Shown: positions 61,154-64,000 of the stretch, piece after piece
Layout of the letters: each line of letters begins with the position of its first letter
Position numbering within the stretch: position 1 is the stretch's first letter
From: a virus
IMG/VR virus record: IMGVR_UViG_3300043777_000365
Span: 22,754 to 86,753 of that record
DNA: 64,000 nucleotides
Reading direction: 5' to 3' (one strand)
The notes under the pieces: generated by a model
The model's database searches: none
Told to the model about the DNA's origin: nothing
The model's input: the letters and a program-made list of their open reading frames with translations, nothing else
Translations under genes and position numbers: made by a program

Positions 61154-61291
61154 GGGTGGTCCTCTCGAGCGCGGAGCGTAGCGCATGCTCGAGCATCTGG
61201 ATGCGTTGCTGCTTCTCGGCGAGCGCCTGGCCGTAGTAGGCGACCAGCGCGGCGACGGCGTTGTGGCCGACGATGTCGAGCGGGGCCTGGC

Positions 61292-61720
61292 TCACGTGGA
61301 CTCCGCCTTGAGGGGGACGATCTCGTCCGGCGACCCCGGAGGGTCCCGCTTGTCGGCGACGGCCCGGAGCAGCCTCCCTTGGCGCGCGACGACGTTGGAG
61401 ATGGCGAGCGCGGACAGCCGCACGTCGAGCCCGTAGGCGGCCGCGTGCTTGGCGAGCAGCTCCACCGCGTCGGCGACCACCTTGGTCGACAGCTCGTGCA
61501 GCATCGCCGCGTTGCGGCTCATCGGCCTGAAGAGATGCTGCCGGTCGTCGGAGGCGACCGCGCTCGACCCGTCCTCGAACTCGACGACGGGGTCGGCCAC
61601 GTTGCGCCCCTGCGCGTCCACGTACTCGCCCGGGCCGTGGGCCGCGGCAACCACCCCGGCGATGCCGAGCTGGTGGTGCCAAACGAACTTCCCCACGAGC
61701 TCCTGCCTCCAGTCCGTCAT
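61292..61720 (-). CDS. Hypothetical protein
   Basis: ATGA coupling; [11 protein letters not shown]. Confidence 0.55.
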   Translation of the reverse strand: MTDWRQELVGKFVWHHQLGIAGVVAAAHGPGEYVDAQGRNVADPVVEFEDGSSAVASDDRQHLFRPMSRNAAMLHELSTKVVADAVELLAKHAAAYGLDVRLSALAISNVVARQGRLLRAVADKRDPPGSPDEIVPLKAEST

Positions 61721-62007
61721 GCGACCCTCTCTTGCCCGAGCCGGGCCTGGTGCTTGTCCGCCTGCGAGCGGAACGGGGACCACTCCCAGCGCATCCGGAG
61801 CTCCTTGCACCCGCGCAGCTGGTGCTGCCCCTTCATGTTGGCCCGCATCCACACGAGCAGCCGCTCCACCTCGGCCTTGGACCCCTCCGGCAGCCCCTCC
61901 ACCGCGTAGATCTTCAGCCCGCACGACTGGCAGTAGGCACGGCACGACACTCGCTCGCCCATCGGGACTCCCACCTTCCTCAGGTGCCTCTCGGCGAACC
62001 TCATCAT
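61717..62007 (-). CDS. Zn-ribbon hypothetical protein
   Basis: CQSCG...H...GC; palindrome and TAAGCT upstream. Confidence 0.55.
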   Translation of the reverse strand: MMRFAERHLRKVGVPMGERVSCRAYCQSCGLKIYAVEGLPEGSKAEVERLLVWMRANMKGQHQLRGCKELRMRWEWSPFRSQADKHQARLGQERVA

Positions 62008-62023
62008 GCCGCGCCGAGCTTAG

Positions 62024-62043
62024 TTGGAAACCCGGGTTTCCAA
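62024..62043. repeat. 20-bp palindrome copy 17
   Basis: Exact; abuts TAAGCT. Confidence 0.95.
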
Positions 62044-62048
62044 ACCCT

Positions 62049-62483
62049 TCAGGTGAACTTGCCGTCGGGTCCCCTCGGGTGCTTCGAGTCGTCCCACCCC
62101 ATCGAGGTGGCTTCTTTCTGGTGAGCGGCCGCCTTTTGGTCGTGGGCTTTGGCCTTGTTGTTCCACTCCTCGGCCTTGCGATCCTCCGCCTCGTTCGGCG
62201 CGCGAACCTCCTTGATGGACTTGGCGACCGCCCCACGGGCCACCTCGCGCGCCGCCTTGGCGGCCGTCTTGTGCGCGTCGGCCGCCTCCGCGTGGTCCCG
62301 CGCCGTGGCTCCAGGCTTGCCGGCTTTTTCCGAGGCCGACTTGGCCTTCTGGCCAGCCTCGAAGTGCGCGAGCTCCGGGTGAGTGGTCGCCGGCTCGCGT
62401 GGTGCTTTGCCCAAGCCTTTGTCCAACGGGGTCGACCAATGGTTTGGCCCTTTGTTTGATGCCCACCTCGAGAACCCGCTCAT
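62049..62483 (-). CDS. Ala/Lys/His-rich protein ending WDDSKHPRGPDGKFT
   Basis: TATGAT-N6-ATG. Confidence 0.65.
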   Translation of the reverse strand: MSGFSRWASNKGPNHWSTPLDKGLGKAPREPATTHPELAHFEAGQKAKSASEKAGKPGATARDHAEAADAHKTAAKAAREVARGAVAKSIKEVRAPNEAEDRKAEEWNNKAKAHDQKAAAHQKEATSMGWDDSKHPRGPDGKFT

Positions 62484-62498
62484 GACCTCATCATACCT

Positions 62499-62948
62499 TC
62501 ACCGGCCGGGGCCCAGCGCCCGCCGGCCGAGGTCGTACTCGATGGAGCCCCGGTTGTGCACGTCGACGACCTCGGCCGCCTCCGCCCGCTCGTCGCGCTC
62601 CTCGGGGACCACGCGCGGGTCGTCCACCGTGCCCGGCACCCCGTCCATCACCCACGCGTGCTCGAGCTCCTCGGCGACCCGCTCGGACTCGGCGACCTTG
62701 GGCCCCATGTCCTCGCGCGCGCTCCACTGGTACCCGCGCTCCCAGCCGGCCCGGTAGCTGCTCATCGCGTGGGAGGAGGCGAACTCCGCCCACTCGGAGA
62801 CGGTCGCCCTGGGGTGCTCCCTGGCGAACAGGGCGACGTGCTGCGCAAGCCGGGCCGGCGGCTCGGGGCCCTCGTAATATTCACCTAGCCAACGCTCCCG
62901 TGTGCGCTTCACCCAAGTCATAAGGGGCGTCATTGGACGTGAGCCCAC
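62499..62948 (-). CDS. Hypothetical protein
   Basis: 149 aa ORF; start uncertain. Confidence 0.55.
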   Translation of the reverse strand: MGSRPMTPLMTWVKRTRERWLGEYYEGPEPPARLAQHVALFAREHPRATVSEWAEFASSHAMSSYRAGWERGYQWSAREDMGPKVAESERVAEELEHAWVMDGVPGTVDDPRVVPEERDERAEAAEVVDVHNRGSIEYDLGRRALGPGR

Positions 62949-62972
62949 CCCATCGCTGCGATCCTCCGGCCG

Positions 62973-63716
62973 CTAGGCCCCTCGAACGGCTCCCGCCGCC
63001 CGTTCCTTCTTCCCGGAGCCTGCCCGACGATCGTGGCCATTGTTCCCCCCATCATGCCGCCCCGAAGCCTTCGCCGCCCGCATCGCCCTGAGCAAGAACG
63101 TCCCCGGCTTGCCGCCTTTGCCGGCGGCCGCCTTGAGCAGCTCCTTGGCTTGGTCGCGCTGCTCGACCGTCTCGAACTCGACGGTGAGCGTCACGCTGCT
63201 CGCAAACCCGGTGAGCTCGCCCGCCTGCTCCTCGAGCAAGGCCGCCGCGTCGTCGACCGGGGCGACGAGGGCGATGAGCTCGGCGATGTTCTCCTGGGCG
63301 AAGCCGGTCGCGAGCACGTCGTCCCCCGTCATCTTGGGGAAGATGTCCGCGAAGATCTCCCCGAGCTTGTATGGGTCGAACTCGCCCTCGACGTTGTTGA
63401 GGGCGATGTTGAGCTGCTTGGCCGTCGCGTCGTCCACGTCGAGGACCGTGCTGGGCAGCTCGTCCGGCTCGGGCCACCCGCGCTCGGCGCAGATCTCCCG
63501 CATCGCGGTGACACGCTGGTGGCCGCCGATGAGGACCGTCCCCCTCTTCTGCACCACGAGGTTCAGGACGAACCCGTGCTTCAGGAGGGACGCCTTGAGC
63601 GCCGCCATCTTCTCCGGCGGCATGACGCGCGGGTTGTATACCGCCATGTTCACGTCGGAGAGCTTGAGCTTCGTTTGCTCCGGAACCGCGATGCCCTTAG
63701 GCTTCTTCACCTGCAT
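62973..63716 (-). CDS. ParB/Srx N-terminal domain protein
   Basis: AVYNPRVM...LKASLLKHGFV...LIGGHQRV...LNIALNNVEGEFD; GGAAGG SD. Confidence 0.85.
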   Translation of the reverse strand: MQVKKPKGIAVPEQTKLKLSDVNMAVYNPRVMPPEKMAALKASLLKHGFVLNLVVQKRGTVLIGGHQRVTAMREICAERGWPEPDELPSTVLDVDDATAKQLNIALNNVEGEFDPYKLGEIFADIFPKMTGDDVLATGFAQENIAELIALVAPVDDAAALLEEQAGELTGFASSVTLTVEFETVEQRDQAKELLKAAAGKGGKPGTFLLRAMRAAKASGRHDGGNNGHDRRAGSGKKERAAGAVRGA

Positions 63717-64000
63717 ACCTTCCTTTTGTCGTAGTCGAGGATCGCGAGAGCGAGGCGCTTTGCGTACAGCGGCGGCACCGCGTTGCCGACGAGCGTGTAG
63801 CCGTCCGCCTGCGAGGCCGGGAACCGGTACCAGTCCGGGAAGCTTTGCACCCTGGCGCACTCGCGCACCGTCATCCGGCGCATGCCCCCAGCCCGCTCTA
63901 GGACCTCGGCCTGGCCGCCGCTCGTCATCGTCACGGCCGGCTCACCGGCGCCGCGCACCGGGTTAAAGAAGTCCGGGTTGCGGCCCGCGACGACGTCGCG
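63707..64000 (-). CDS. C5-cytosine DNA methyltransferase (C-terminal part)
   Basis: RRMTVRECARVQSFPD...LVGNAVPP correspond to motifs IX-X; 5' end lies outside the window. Confidence 0.9.
   Translation of the reverse strand, partial: RDVVAGRNPDFFNPVRGAGEPAVTMTSGGQAEVLERAGGMRRMTVRECARVQSFPDWYRFPASQADGYTLVGNAVPPLYAKRLALAILDYDKRKVCR

Noticed and set aside
1329-62043. Palindromic repeats as a CRISPR array or canonical parS
   Set aside because: The copies are kilobases apart with no spacer periodicity and no cas genes. The sequence differs from the parS consensus TGTTTCACGTGAAACA, with the arms in the opposite arrangement.
1-64000. tRNA, rRNA, integrase or IS elements
   Set aside because: No cloverleaf/T-loop signature, recombinase motif or transposase motif was recognised by eye; a tRNAscan-type search was not possible.

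Overview
The window is a high-GC tailed dsDNA phage or prophage segment with a contractile (myovirus-like) tail. Virion genes lie almost entirely on the minus strand. Reading right to left, they run: C5 DNA methyltransferase (partial), ParB-N protein, small genes, putative TerS, TerL, a ~11.5 kb lysis/accessory block (phosphatase, lysozyme, SLT-like enzyme, papain-like peptidase, SGNH lipoprotein), portal, MuF-like protein, decoration, scaffold, major capsid, neck, sheath, tube, frameshifted chaperone, tape measure, LysM protein, baseplate hub, spike, wedge and baseplate J. Small counter-oriented genes (including thyX) and four free-standing endonucleases are interspersed. DAG-rich lipoproteins hint at a Myxococcota host, which is a weak inference. 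Four observations stand out. (1) A 333-aa intein in the baseplate hub gene carries a DUF559/Vsr-like endonuclease gene on the opposite strand, with its own -10 box and SD formed by the intein's conserved codons. (2) A 20-bp palindrome, TTGGAAACCCGGGTTTCCAA, occurs 17 times, often abutting -10 boxes. (3) A 45-nt pseudoknot-like RNA motif with a compensatory base change is shared by the capsid and sheath 5' leaders. (4) Leaderless-type promoters are pervasive. All product calls come from motif recognition and gene order only; no database searches were run.
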